Assembly (NCBI GenBank): GCA_965203055.1
Contig: OZ241863.1
Location: 3,680,001-3,744,000, forward strand
Reading direction: 5' to 3'
From: Spirochaetia bacterium
GTDB lineage: Bacteria; Spirochaetota; Spirochaetia; SZUA-6; Bin103
DNA length: 64,000 bases
Positions within the stretch are counted from its first letter, which is position 1; the number at the start of each line of letters is the position of its first letter. Under the pieces are notes generated by a model. It searched no databases. It saw only the letters and a program-made list of their open reading frames with translations, and was not told the DNA's origin. Positions 22,363 through 32,437 of the stretch are shown here, one piece after another. A program made the translations under genes and the position numbers.

Positions 22363-23325
22363 TCAGTCGGCAGCCCGTTCCAGTGCGGCCAGCTCGTGCG
22401 CGGTCAGCTCCAGCTCGGCGGCGCGGGCGCAGTCGGCGAACTCCTGCGCGGTACATGCCCCTACCAGGGGGAAGACGTTCAGACCGCTGCCGAACAGGTA
22501 CGCCAGCGCCACCTGCGGCACGCTCACGCCGCGCGCGCCGGCGATCTCCCGGGCGGCGTCGTAGCGCCGGAAGTTCTCCTCGGTGCCGTAGGTCTCCGCG
22601 CTCAGCTTGAGGAGACCTTCAGGCGCGGCTTCCAGGTTGTCACGCCGCAACAGCCCCGAGAAGAAGCCTCCGGCCAGGCTCGACCACACCAGCAGCGGCA
22701 TCTCCGCGCGCCGGTACCAGGCGCGGTCCGCGGCGCCGTCCGGGCCGCTGATGGAAAGACATTCGGGCCATGGCGCGCGCCGCTGCACCGCCAGGCTGAA
22801 GTTGGGGCTGCTGGCGCGCAGCGGCGGCAAGCCGTGCTGCGCGGCGTACTCGTTCGCCGCGCGGATGCGCGCCGGCGACCAGTTGGAGCCGCCGCAGGCG
22901 TGGATGCGGCCGGCCGCCTGGTGGCGCGCCAAGGCGTCGATGATCGGCGCCACCGGCAGCTCGGGATCATCGCGGTGCAGCAGGTACAGGTCCACGTAGT
23001 CGGTACGCAGCCGCGCCAGCGAGTCCATCAGATCCGACTCCAGGTCGTAGGGGGTCACCCGGCGGCGGTCTTCGTTGTGGTGGCAGCCCTTGCCCACGAT
23101 CACCACCTGGTCGCGGTTGCCGCGCGCCTCCATCCACAAGCCGAGCACGCGGTCGGCATCGCCGCGGCCATAGCCGTGAGCGGTATCGAACGTCGTGCCG
23201 CCCTGCTCGAACACCGCGTCGAGCAGGGCGAAGTCCTCCTCCAGGCGTTCCCGGCTGAGCATGACGGTGCCCTGGATGATCCGGGCAAGGGGCTTGTCCA
23301 GCCCGTCGATGCGCTGATAGATCAT
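22363..23325 (-). CDS. Aldo/keto reductase
   Basis: FDTAHGYG, SLARLRTDYVDLYLLH, GGSN, QVALAY. Confidence 0.88.
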   Translation of the reverse strand: MIYQRIDGLDKPLARIIQGTVMLSRERLEEDFALLDAVFEQGGTTFDTAHGYGRGDADRVLGLWMEARGNRDQVVIVGKGCHHNEDRRRVTPYDLESDLMDSLARLRTDYVDLYLLHRDDPELPVAPIIDALARHQAAGRIHACGGSNWSPARIRAANEYAAQHGLPPLRASSPNFSLAVQRRAPWPECLSISGPDGAADRAWYRRAEMPLLVWSSLAGGFFSGLLRRDNLEAAPEGLLKLSAETYGTEENFRRYDAAREIAGARGVSVPQVALAYLFGSGLNVFPLVGACTAQEFADCARAAELELTAHELAALERAAD

Positions 23326-24332
23326 GCGATTCCTCCTGCCGGGCGCTCGAAGGGGTAGCGCAGGCCGATGCGGCGCCGGGCGGCGTCGAGCGTCTCGCTG
23401 ATGGCGATCGACTCCGCCAGGGGCAGCAGCGGCGACTCGCCGGCGCCGGCGCGCAGCAGTTCCATGAAGTGCTCGGCCTCGTAGTTGAAGCCATTGCCGC
23501 GCAGCGGAAAGCGGCGCTCCTCCGGCTCCGCGCCGGCGCGGTGGACGGCGAGCAGCTCGCTGCACCAGAACGGCGCGGCGACGGTAACGTAGCCCTCGCT
23601 GCCGGCGATGGCGGCGGCCTGCGGGGAGCGCACCGTGATGCCGCACACCAGCGCGGCAACGGCGCCGTTGCGGTAGCCGAGGGCCACCACGGCGCGCTCG
23701 TCGACGCCGGTCGCGCCGAGGTGGGCGCTGGCGGTCACGGTGTCGGGAGTTCCCAGCACCATGGAGGCCATGGCCACGCAGTACACGCCGATGTCGAGCA
23801 GCGCGCCGCCCGCCAGCTCCGGGGCGAACAACCGGCTGGCGGGATCGACCTGCGCGGCGAAGCCGAAGTCGCACTGCAGCAGCGCGGGCGCGCCGATCTC
23901 GCCGGCCTGCAGCAGGCGGCGGAGGGCGGCGGTGGCCGGGAGGAAGCGGGTCCACATGCCCTCCATCAGCAGCACCCCGCGGTCGCGGGCGCAGGCGGCG
24001 ACGGCGCGGGCTTCAGCGGCGTTGACCGCCAGCGGCTTCTCGCACAGCACCGGCTTGCCGGCTTCCAGGCAGAGGCGGCAGGCCGGCGCATGCTGGGGAT
24101 GCGGAGTCGCCACGTAGACGGCGTCTACGGCCGGGTCCGCGGCCAGCTCGGCGTAGCTGCCATGCGCCCGCGGCGCGCCGTAGCGGGCGGCGAACGCCGC
24201 GGCGCGGTCGGCATCGCGCGACCCCACCGCCGCCAGCCGCGCGCCGGCGGCGTCGCGCAGTCCTGCGGCAAAGCGATGGGCGATGCGCCCAGGTCCCAGA
24301 ATGCCCCAGTTGACCGGCTCCGGCGTCTGCAC
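23322..24332 (-). CDS. Gfo/Idh/MocA oxidoreductase
   Basis: WGILGPGRIA, VYVATPH, VLCEKP, GGALLDIGVY. Confidence 0.9.
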   Translation of the reverse strand: MQTPEPVNWGILGPGRIAHRFAAGLRDAAGARLAAVGSRDADRAAAFAARYGAPRAHGSYAELAADPAVDAVYVATPHPQHAPACRLCLEAGKPVLCEKPLAVNAAEARAVAACARDRGVLLMEGMWTRFLPATAALRRLLQAGEIGAPALLQCDFGFAAQVDPASRLFAPELAGGALLDIGVYCVAMASMVLGTPDTVTASAHLGATGVDERAVVALGYRNGAVAALVCGITVRSPQAAAIAGSEGYVTVAAPFWCSELLAVHRAGAEPEERRFPLRGNGFNYEAEHFMELLRAGAGESPLLPLAESIAISETLDAARRRIGLRYPFERPAGGIA

Positions 24333-24508
24333 GGCGCGCAGCTTAGCCGCTAGCGCCACGGTACGCCAAGCGCCGCGCGCCCGCCGCGCGCGCGGCGGGC
24401 GCGGGCGGCGGGCGCGGGCGGCGGCTCGCTGCCCCGGACTGCCGCCGGGGCGTGAGCCCGGTATAGTGCCGCCGGGTTGGCGCACCGGCCACCGTGGAGG
24501 AGACCCGC

Positions 24509-26188
24509 ATGCAAGTTCCGCAGACCATTACCGGCGGCCAGGCGCTGGCCTACGGCGCGACGCGCGCCGGCGTCGGTTGCGTCACCGCCTATCCCGGCTC
24601 GCCCAGCTCGGCGACCGTAGCCACGCTGGTCGAGTTGCTGCGCGCCGGGGAGGGCGCCGGCTGCCATCTGGAGTGGTCCGCCAACGAGCGGGTGGCGCTG
24701 GAGGTAGCGATCGGCGCCTGCCTCGGCGGACGGCGCTCCCTGGTGTGCACCAAGAGCGTCGGCCTGAACGTGATGATCGATCCTCTGATGGCGTTGAACC
24801 TGACGCCCCTCAGCAGCGGGATGGTGATCATCGCCGGCGACGATCCCGGCGCCTACGGGTCGCAGAACGATCAGGATTCGCGGGCGCTGGCCGATCTGTT
24901 CGAGTTGCCGATGCTGGAGCCGGCGGCGCCGGGCGCCGGGCTGCGGATGGTAGCGGAGGCGTTTACCGCTTCGGAGCGCTTCGGCTTGCCGGTGGTGGTG
25001 CGCGTCACCCGCAGCTTCGACGCCTGCCGGGAGGCCGCCGGCGGCGGCGATGGCTTCTCCTGGCAGGTACGCCGCGGCCGGGCGGCGCGCGCAACGCTCC
25101 GCTACGTGCCCTACCCCGGCAATGCGGTGGCGAAACATCGCGCGCTGCACCGCACCCTGCAGCGCGCTGAGGAGTGGGTCGCCGGCGCGGCCTTCAACCG
25201 CGCCGCCGCCGCTCGGGTGGACACGGATGAGGCGCGGCCCGCCCGCGGCATCATCAGCGCCGGCTTCTGCTCGCGCAAGCTGGCCGACGTGATCGGCGCT
25301 GCCGCCGCCGGCACGCCGCCGGCCGCCGCCGTGGGGCGCGCCGCCGTGGGGCGGCTGGAGTTGGGGGCCATCTTCCCGCTGCCGGCCGCGCCGCTGCGCG
25401 CCTTCCTGGCGGCCCACGACGAGGTGCTGGTGCTGGAAGAGAACGAACCCTACCTGGAGCAGCGCATCGCCGCGTTGGCCCACGCCCGGCGCCTGACCAC
25501 CCGCGTGCGCGGCAAGCTGACCGGGGAGGTGGCGCGCTGCGGCGAGCTGTACCGCTGGCAGATCGCGGACGCGCTAGCCGGCTTCGCCCCGGAGCTGCCG
25601 CTGAACGGCCGGTACTCCGCGGCCGGCGAACCGGCGGAGCGCCCGCCGCGGCGCGATCACTGCGCCGGCTGCCCGTTCGCCCGCCTCCTCGACGCGGTGC
25701 GGGAATGGCTGCGGGCCGCCGGCCGCGATGCCTGGCTGGTGGCCGACCCCGGCTGTCTGGTCGCCGAAGCGCCGCGCCTGGACGCCAAGTACGCGCTCGG
25801 ATCGGCGGTGGCGGTAGCCGACGGGTTGCTGCGCGCCGGCCAGGACGCGGTGGCGCTGTTCGGCGACTCGGCGTTCTTCCACGCCGCGCTGCCCGCGCTG
25901 TGCAACGCCTACGCCCATGGCGCCGACCTGGCGGCTATCGTGGCCGACAACGCCGGCGCGGTGACCACCGGGCGCCAGCCCCATCCCGGCAGCGGGCGCT
26001 CGGCCCTGGGAACCCCCGCGCCGCGTCTCGACCTGCTGGCAGTGGCGCGCGCCTGCGGCGCCAGCCATGCCGCGCGGGTGCCGCTGAGCGCATTGCCGGA
26101 GGCCCTGCCGGCCGCCTTGGAGGGTCCCGGGGTGCGGGTCCTGGTGGTGGACGCGCCGTGCGGCCGCGGGGAGACGGCGGCGGTATAA
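24509..26188 (+). CDS. Indolepyruvate:ferredoxin oxidoreductase alpha-like ThDP enzyme
   Basis: AYPGSPS, EWSANERVALE, GDDPG..SQNDQDSR, CAGCP, GDSAFFH. Confidence 0.8.
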   Translation: MQVPQTITGGQALAYGATRAGVGCVTAYPGSPSSATVATLVELLRAGEGAGCHLEWSANERVALEVAIGACLGGRRSLVCTKSVGLNVMIDPLMALNLTPLSSGMVIIAGDDPGAYGSQNDQDSRALADLFELPMLEPAAPGAGLRMVAEAFTASERFGLPVVVRVTRSFDACREAAGGGDGFSWQVRRGRAARATLRYVPYPGNAVAKHRALHRTLQRAEEWVAGAAFNRAAAARVDTDEARPARGIISAGFCSRKLADVIGAAAAGTPPAAAVGRAAVGRLELGAIFPLPAAPLRAFLAAHDEVLVLEENEPYLEQRIAALAHARRLTTRVRGKLTGEVARCGELYRWQIADALAGFAPELPLNGRYSAAGEPAERPPRRDHCAGCPFARLLDAVREWLRAAGRDAWLVADPGCLVAEAPRLDAKYALGSAVAVADGLLRAGQDAVALFGDSAFFHAALPALCNAYAHGADLAAIVADNAGAVTTGRQPHPGSGRSALGTPAPRLDLLAVARACGASHAARVPLSALPEALPAALEGPGVRVLVVDAPCGRGETAAV

Positions 26189-26199
26189 TCGGCGGCAAG

Positions 26200-26667
26200 A
26201 TGTACAGCTTCCTGCTCGCCGCCCACTCCTGGCTGCGCTACCCCGTGCTGCTGATGGTGCTGCTCGTACTGTTGCGCAGCGCCGCGGGACTGCTCCGCGG
26301 CCGCGCCTGGGGCGGTGCCGACGAGGGTCTTGGCCGCTGGCTGATCCGGGTCTGGGACCTGCAGTTCCTGCTCGGACTGGTGCTCTACTTCCTGAGTCCG
26401 ATCACCCAGTTCGCGTTGGCCAATTTCGGGGAGACGCTCGCTGACCGGCAGCTCCGCGTGATTACCGTGGAGCATCCGCTGCTCATGCTGCTGGCGACCG
26501 CGGCGCTGCACGTCGGTTGGGTACGCGCGCGCCGCAGCGCCGACGACCGCGGCAGGCTGCTGCGCTGGCTGCTGTTCGCCGCCGCGGCGGCGTTGCTGAC
26601 GGCAATTGCGATTCCCTGGGAGGGGCGCCCGCTGCTGCGAATCTCCGCCGGCCCGTTGCCATTGTAG
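26200..26667 (+). CDS. Four-helix membrane protein (cytochrome b-like)
   Basis: AHSWLRY, DLQFLLG, EHPLLM; four hydrophobic segments. Confidence 0.65.
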   Translation: MYSFLLAAHSWLRYPVLLMVLLVLLRSAAGLLRGRAWGGADEGLGRWLIRVWDLQFLLGLVLYFLSPITQFALANFGETLADRQLRVITVEHPLLMLLATAALHVGWVRARRSADDRGRLLRWLLFAAAAALLTAIAIPWEGRPLLRISAGPLPL

Positions 26668-26801
26668 CGGCGGACGCCCTCCCCGTTGCCACGGGCGGAC
26701 CGCCCGGATACTGTGCCGTGGGCGCCCGCTTCCGCTTTGCGTACCGTCATTGCGCACCGGGTCACCCGTTTACCATTACCTGCCGACTCAAAGGAGCCGC
26801 C

Positions 26802-28664
26802 ATGAGCGCCAGCACCGCTGCCCTGCAATATCGAGCCGAGATGCTCCGCATCCACTCCCTGAACATGACCACCGCGGCCGCCTCGGGCCATCCCACTACC
26901 TGCCTCTCCGCCGCCGAGATCATGAGCGTGCTGTTCTTCGACCGGATGCGCCACGACCCGCGCCGCCCCGAGGCGCTGGACAACGATGAGTTCGTGCTCT
27001 CCAAGGGCCACGGGGCGCCGCTGCTGTACGCCGCCTACGCCGAGGCCGGAACCATTCCGGTAGCCGAGCTGGAGCGGTTGCGCACCTTCGACAGCCGCCT
27101 GGAGGGACACCCGATTCCCGGCCGGGCGCCCGGCGTGCGGGTGGCTACCGGGTCGCTGGGGCAGGGGCTCGCCGCCGCTATCGGCATGGCCCTGGCCATC
27201 GATCACGATGGCAGCGACCGGCGGGTGTACGTGCTCCTGGGCGACGGCGAGATGGCGGAGGGCTCGGTGTGGGAGGCGATGAATCTGGCGCCCCATCTGC
27301 GGCTGAGCAACCTCTGCGCCGTGCTCGACATGAATCGCCTGGGGCAGAGCGACCCCACGCTGTTCGAATGGGACGGCGCCGGCTACGCCGCCAAGGCCGC
27401 CGCGTTCGGCTGGAACGTTCACCAGTGCGACGGCCACGACGTCGCCGCGCTGCAAGCGGCATTCACCGCGGCGCACGCCGCGGCGGGTCCCAGCTTCATC
27501 ATAGCGCGCACCGTCAAGGGCAAGGGCGTGAGCTTTCTCGAAGACAACGAGGCAATGCACGGCAAAGCGGTCCCCGCGGCGCAGCTTGCCGCCGCGCTGG
27601 CCGAAGTGCAGGCGCGGGCGGACGCCGCCGGCCACTCACCGGCCGCGGCCCCGGCCGGCGCCTCCGGCCACGCCGCCGCGGCGCCGCCTGCCACGCCGGC
27701 CGGCGCGCCCCTCTGCTTGACCACCAGCTACGCCAAAGGAGAGAAGATCGCGACCCGCAAGGCCTACGGCGCCGCGCTCGCCAAGCTCGGCGCCCAGGAT
27801 CCGACCATGTTCGTGCTCGACGCCGACGTCAAGAACTCCACCTTCACCGACGCGTTCTTCGCCGCGTTTCCCGAGCGCAGCGTGGAGTGCTACATCGCCG
27901 AGCAGAACATGCTCGGCATCGCCACCGGCCTGCAGGCGCGCGGCAAACGCGCCTTCGCGGCCACCTTCGCGGCGTTCCTGTCGCGCGCCTACGATCACAT
28001 CCGCATGGCCGCCCATTCCCGGGCCGATCTCAAGCTGGCCGGCTCCCACACCGGCGTGTCGATCGGCGAGGACGGCCCCTCGCAGATGGGCCTGGAAGAC
28101 GTCGCCATGCTGCGCGCCGTCCTCGGCAGCGTGGTGCTCTGCCCCGCCGACGGCGTGGCGGCGGAGAAACTGACCTGCCTGAGCGCCAACTACGACGGTA
28201 TTTCGTACGTCCGCACCGCGCGGCCCGACAGCGCGGTGATCTACTCCAACGACGAGGAGTTCACGCTCGGCGGCAGCAAGGTGCTGCGGCAGTCGGCCGC
28301 CGACCGCGTGACCCTGGCAGCGGCCGGGGTGACGTTGCACGAAGCGCTGGCCGCGGCCGAGCTGCTGGCCGCCGCCGGTATCGCCGCGCGGGTCATCGAC
28401 TGCTACTCGATCAAACCGCTGGATGCCGCCACCTTGCGCCGGGCGGCGCAGGAGACCGAGGCGATCGTCACGGCCGAAGACCACTACCCCGAGGGCGGCC
28501 TGGGCGAGGCGCTGGCCGCCGCGGTGGCCGGCAGCGGCACCCCGGTGCAGGTGCTGGCGGTGACCCGCGCGCCGCACTCCGGCACCGGCGCCGAGCTGCT
28601 GGCCGAGCAGGGGCTGGACGCGGCGGGCATCGCCGCCGCCGCCAAGGGCGCCCTGGCCGGCTGA
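26802..28664 (+). CDS. tkt: Transketolase
   Basis: SGHP, LSKGH, TGSLGQG, GDGE, IAEQNM, GEDGPSQ; AAGGAG RBS. Confidence 0.93.
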   Translation: MSASTAALQYRAEMLRIHSLNMTTAAASGHPTTCLSAAEIMSVLFFDRMRHDPRRPEALDNDEFVLSKGHGAPLLYAAYAEAGTIPVAELERLRTFDSRLEGHPIPGRAPGVRVATGSLGQGLAAAIGMALAIDHDGSDRRVYVLLGDGEMAEGSVWEAMNLAPHLRLSNLCAVLDMNRLGQSDPTLFEWDGAGYAAKAAAFGWNVHQCDGHDVAALQAAFTAAHAAAGPSFIIARTVKGKGVSFLEDNEAMHGKAVPAAQLAAALAEVQARADAAGHSPAAAPAGASGHAAAAPPATPAGAPLCLTTSYAKGEKIATRKAYGAALAKLGAQDPTMFVLDADVKNSTFTDAFFAAFPERSVECYIAEQNMLGIATGLQARGKRAFAATFAAFLSRAYDHIRMAAHSRADLKLAGSHTGVSIGEDGPSQMGLEDVAMLRAVLGSVVLCPADGVAAEKLTCLSANYDGISYVRTARPDSAVIYSNDEEFTLGGSKVLRQSAADRVTLAAAGVTLHEALAAAELLAAAGIAARVIDCYSIKPLDAATLRRAAQETEAIVTAEDHYPEGGLGEALAAAVAGSGTPVQVLAVTRAPHSGTGAELLAEQGLDAAGIAAAAKGALAG

Positions 28665-28667
28665 GCG

Positions 28668-29876
28668 TCAGCCGCCGCCGGCGGCGGCCAGCGACGGGAT
28701 GGCGACCTCGGGATCGACCTCCGCGGCGTAGTCCACTCCCGCAAGGCCGAATCCGAACAGACGCAGGAAGCTGGCGCGGTACCCCTCCAGGTCGGCCAGT
28801 TCCGCGACCGCCTGAGTGGCGCCGCCGCCCGCAAACCGCTCGAAGCGCGCCTGCACCTCGCGCTGCACGGCGGGTTCCATCTCCCAGTCGTCAAGGCGTA
28901 CCAGACCTTGCTGGTCGGTGGGAATCTCGCCGCCGCAGTAGAGCCGGTCGGCGAACAGGCGGTAACTCTGTCGGATCGCATCCTCGTGGGTGCCGCGCTG
29001 CTTCATGATGCGAAACAACAGCATCAGGTAGAGAGGGATCACCGGGATGGCGGCGCTGGACTGGGTGACCAGGGCCTTGTTGACCGAGATCAGCGAACGC
29101 GCCGGCAGCGCCTTGTCGAGGGAGCGGGCGGTACGCTCCAGGTGCTCCTTGGCGCGGCCGATCGTGCCGGCGCGATAGATGGCGTGGGTAAAGGAAGGTC
29201 CGACGTAGGTGTAGGCCACGTTGAGGCAGCGCGGGGCCAGCAGCCCGGCGCTGCGCAGCGCGTCGAGCCAACGCCGCCAGTCGTCGCCTCCCATGACCGC
29301 CGCGGTGGCGGCGATCTCGGCCTCGTCCGCGGGTTCGATGGTCACCGGCGAGACTTCGCCGCTGGCCGGGTCGATGGTGGTGCCGGTATACGGGGCGCCG
29401 ATCGGCTTGAGCACGCTGTGGTAGACCGCGCCGGTGTCCGGGTCGATGCGGCGCGGCGCCGCCACGCTGTAGATCACCAGGTCCACCTGCCCCAGGCGCT
29501 CCGCCACCAGGCTCATGGTTTGCTCGCGGACCTCGTTGGAGAAGGCATCGCCGTTGATGCTCCAGGCGCCGCGCCCGGCGGCGGCCGCCTGGCGTTCGAA
29601 TGCGGCGCTGTTGTACCAGCCCGCGGAGGCGGTGCGGCGCCGGCTGGCCAGGCGCTCGAAGAACACCCCTACGGTGTCGGCCTCGCAGGCGAAAGCCGCG
29701 GTAATGCGGGACGCCAAGCCGTAGCCGGTGGAGGCGCCAATGACCAGCGCTCGCCGGGGACCGGCGACCGCGGGACGGCTGCGCACGTATTCGATCTGTT
29801 CCGCCACGTGGGCGGCGCAGCCGCCGGGGTGAGCGGTCATGCAAATGAAGCCGCGGATCCTGGGTTCGATGATCAT
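28668..29876 (-). CDS. fabV: Trans-2-enoyl-CoA / enoyl-ACP reductase
   Basis: AHPGGC, IGASTGYGLASRI, NGDAFS, VMGGDDW, KALVTQSS. Confidence 0.93.
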   Translation of the reverse strand: MIIEPRIRGFICMTAHPGGCAAHVAEQIEYVRSRPAVAGPRRALVIGASTGYGLASRITAAFACEADTVGVFFERLASRRRTASAGWYNSAAFERQAAAAGRGAWSINGDAFSNEVREQTMSLVAERLGQVDLVIYSVAAPRRIDPDTGAVYHSVLKPIGAPYTGTTIDPASGEVSPVTIEPADEAEIAATAAVMGGDDWRRWLDALRSAGLLAPRCLNVAYTYVGPSFTHAIYRAGTIGRAKEHLERTARSLDKALPARSLISVNKALVTQSSAAIPVIPLYLMLLFRIMKQRGTHEDAIRQSYRLFADRLYCGGEIPTDQQGLVRLDDWEMEPAVQREVQARFERFAGGGATQAVAELADLEGYRASFLRLFGFGLAGVDYAAEVDPEVAIPSLAAAGGG

Positions 29877-29934
29877 CGCGCTGCTCAATATACCTTGGGG
29901 CCGCGGCAACTGTAGGAGAAGGCGCCGCGCGCTG

Positions 29935-30675
29935 TCAAACCTCGGAGCGCGGTTCGGCGGGCGCGCCGGCGGCGTGGAGCAGCAGGCGCGCGGCGCGCGG
30001 TTGCGCCGCCAAGTAGTAGTGAGCGGTCAGGAGCCGGCGCTCGCGCGCACTGAGTTGCCAGCGAAGCGCTTCGCGCGGCAGGCGGTCGCGAATCTGCGCC
30101 AACACCACGGCCGCGGCGACGCTGACGTTGAAGCTGCGGCTGAAGCCGTGCATGGGAATGCTGATCAACTCATCCGCCGCCGCGGCCAGGAACTCGCTGA
30201 CGCCGCAGCGCTCGTTGCCGAAGGCGACGGCTACCGGCGTGCTCAGATCGAGGCGCGCCAGGGGGATGCTGCGCCCGCCGGGCACCGCGGCTGCCACGCG
30301 GTAGCCGGCCGCGCGCAGACCCGCTACGCCGGCGGCGCTGTCGTCCCAGTAGCGGGTCAGCAGCCATTTCTCGGCGCCCTGGGTCACGCGGTTGGGAGCG
30401 CGCTCGCGCGGCGCGCCGCGCGCGGGGACGACGTGCACCGCGGCAAACCCCAGGCCCTCCGCGCTGCGCAGCACGGCGGCGACGTTACCCGGGTCGCTGA
30501 GGCCCTCCAGCAGCGGCGCGACGGCGCAGGTGCGGGCCGCCACCACCTGGTCGATGCGCCGGCGCCGCGCCCGGGTAAGGGTAGGGCCGATCACTGCCAG
30601 CACCCGCTCGGCGGGTATCCCCTCCGGGGCGGGCGGATCGGCCAGCGGCAACCGCGCTGCCGGCGCGGGCTTCAT
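29935..30675 (-). CDS. TrmH/SpoU-family RNA methyltransferase
   Basis: DPGNVAAVLRSAEGLG, FGNE, IPMHG..SFNVSVA. Confidence 0.88.
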   Translation of the reverse strand: MKPAPAARLPLADPPAPEGIPAERVLAVIGPTLTRARRRRIDQVVAARTCAVAPLLEGLSDPGNVAAVLRSAEGLGFAAVHVVPARGAPRERAPNRVTQGAEKWLLTRYWDDSAAGVAGLRAAGYRVAAAVPGGRSIPLARLDLSTPVAVAFGNERCGVSEFLAAAADELISIPMHGFSRSFNVSVAAAVVLAQIRDRLPREALRWQLSARERRLLTAHYYLAAQPRAARLLLHAAGAPAEPRSEV

Positions 30676-30779
30676 GGCGCGGAAGTCTGCTCCGGCATGC
30701 CGCCCAATGGTGGCAGATTGCGCTAACTTCGCAACTGCTCCTTTTGAAGCGCCGGCGCGCAAACCCCGTTGACTGCAGT

Positions 30780-32363
30780 GTGCAAAGCGAACCGGACCCC
30801 GGCGCGACCGCGCCCGATCCCCTCAACGAGCTGGCCGCGCGCCACCTCGGAATCCCCTATCTGTTTCCCTACCAGCGCCTGGTAGTCTCCAACCTGCTGG
30901 AGGGCCGCAACCAGATCGTGGTGCTGCCCACCGGCTCCGGCAAGTCGGTATGCTTCATGTTTCCGGCCGTGGTGCTGCAGGGAGTGACCCTGGTGATACT
31001 GCCCCTGCTGGCGCTGCTGGATGACCTGCGCCGGCGCATGACCGCGGCCGGGCTGGAGGTGGCGGTGCTGCGCGGCGGACAGAGCCGCGCCGAACGCGAC
31101 CGGGCGCTGGAGCGGATCGCGGCGCGCCGCGCGCGCCTGGTGCTGACCACCCCGGAGGCGGCGCTCAGCGAGCGGCTGCTGGCCCGGTTGCAGGCCGCCG
31201 GCACCATCGAGCACCTGGTGGTAGACGAGGCGCACTGCATCAGCCAGTGGGGCGACACGTTTCGCCCCACCTATCTGCGCCTGGGGGAGCTGGTAGAGGC
31301 CCTGCAGCCGCGCGTGCTCACCGCCTTTACCGCCACCGCCACGCCGCCGGTGCTGCGCCGGATGCGCGAGGTGCTGTTTCCCGACGGCGGCGCGCACCTG
31401 GTGGCCGGCAACCCCGACCGCCCCAACATCCGCTACGCCGTGGCGCCCACCGCGGCGCCGCTGCGCCGTCTGACCAAGTTGGCGGCCACCTGTCCGCGGC
31501 CGTTGATCGTGTTCGCCCGCAGCCGGCGCGGCGCGGAGGCGATCTGCTGGCAGCTCCGGCGCCGGCTGCCCGAAGTCGGCTGCCGCTTCTACCACGCCGG
31601 CCTGAACGCGGGCGAACGCAAGCGCCTGGAACAGTGGTTCCTGACCAGCGAGGATGGCGTCCTGGTGGCCACCTCGGCGTACGGCATGGGAGTGGACAAG
31701 CCCAACATCCGCAGCGTAGTGCACCTGGAACTGCCGGAGTCGGTGGAAGCGTATCTGCAGGAGACCGGGCGCGCCGGGCGCGACGGCCAGCCGTCGCAGG
31801 CGATTCTGCTCGCCTATCGACCGGCCGGTGCGCTCGCCGGCGCGGGCGCGGCTCCCGGTGCGGAGCCGGCGGCCGCGGCGCGGCGGCTGGCGCTCGAACG
31901 TTACGCCGCCGACGCCGCCACCTGCCGGCGCGCCCAACTGCTGCGCTGCTTCGACCGCGAAGAGGTGGAGTGCAGCGGCTGCGACGTGTGCGACCGCAGC
32001 GCGGCGCCGCTGCTGCCGGTAGAGCAGCGGCTGCTGCGCGCGCTGCGGCGCGGGTCGCGGCGCTTCACCCTGCGGCAGTGGCGCCACGTCCTGCGCGGCG
32101 GGCCATCGCCGGTGATCGAACGCGACGGACTGCGCGGCGCGCCCGGCTTCGGGCTGCTCGCCGACTGGGACCACGACGAGGTGCAGGAGGCCTGCGCCGC
32201 TCTGGTCGCGGCCGGGCTGGCGCGGGTACCTTCGCGGGGGCCGTGGCGCGGGCGCCTCGTAGTGCCCCGGCCGCGCGGCGCGCGGCCGGGCCGAACGCTG
32301 CGACTGTTTGACACCGGGCGCGCGGCGGCGCTACAATCGGCCCGTCTCCGAGATGCTGCCTAG
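30780..32363 (+). CDS. recQ: RecQ-family DNA helicase
   Basis: LPTGSGKS, DEAHCISQWG, YHAGL, QETGRAGRDG, Zn-binding CRR..CSGCDVC; start approximate. Confidence 0.9.
   Translation: MQSEPDPGATAPDPLNELAARHLGIPYLFPYQRLVVSNLLEGRNQIVVLPTGSGKSVCFMFPAVVLQGVTLVILPLLALLDDLRRRMTAAGLEVAVLRGGQSRAERDRALERIAARRARLVLTTPEAALSERLLARLQAAGTIEHLVVDEAHCISQWGDTFRPTYLRLGELVEALQPRVLTAFTATATPPVLRRMREVLFPDGGAHLVAGNPDRPNIRYAVAPTAAPLRRLTKLAATCPRPLIVFARSRRGAEAICWQLRRRLPEVGCRFYHAGLNAGERKRLEQWFLTSEDGVLVATSAYGMGVDKPNIRSVVHLELPESVEAYLQETGRAGRDGQPSQAILLAYRPAGALAGAGAAPGAEPAAAARRLALERYAADAATCRRAQLLRCFDREEVECSGCDVCDRSAAPLLPVEQRLLRALRRGSRRFTLRQWRHVLRGGPSPVIERDGLRGAPGFGLLADWDHDEVQEACAALVAAGLARVPSRGPWRGRLVVPRPRGARPGRTLRLFDTGRAAALQSARLRDAA
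32308..32337 (+). promoter_or_regulatory. Sigma70-like promoter of the decarboxylase operon
   Basis: TTGACA-N18-TACAAT about 100 nt upstream of 32438. Confidence 0.6.
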
Positions 32364-32437
32364 TCACCTACGTTATTGCAGTAGATCAAGTTGCATGGAA
32401 ATGAGCGGCCCTGTCGCCGGCCCGGTGGAACAGCCTC

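Noticed and set aside
19470..22610. Long antisense or alternative-frame ORFs (1046 aa here; also 9865-11850 and 49645-51669)
   Set aside because: Shadows of real genes in high-GC DNA; no recognisable motifs
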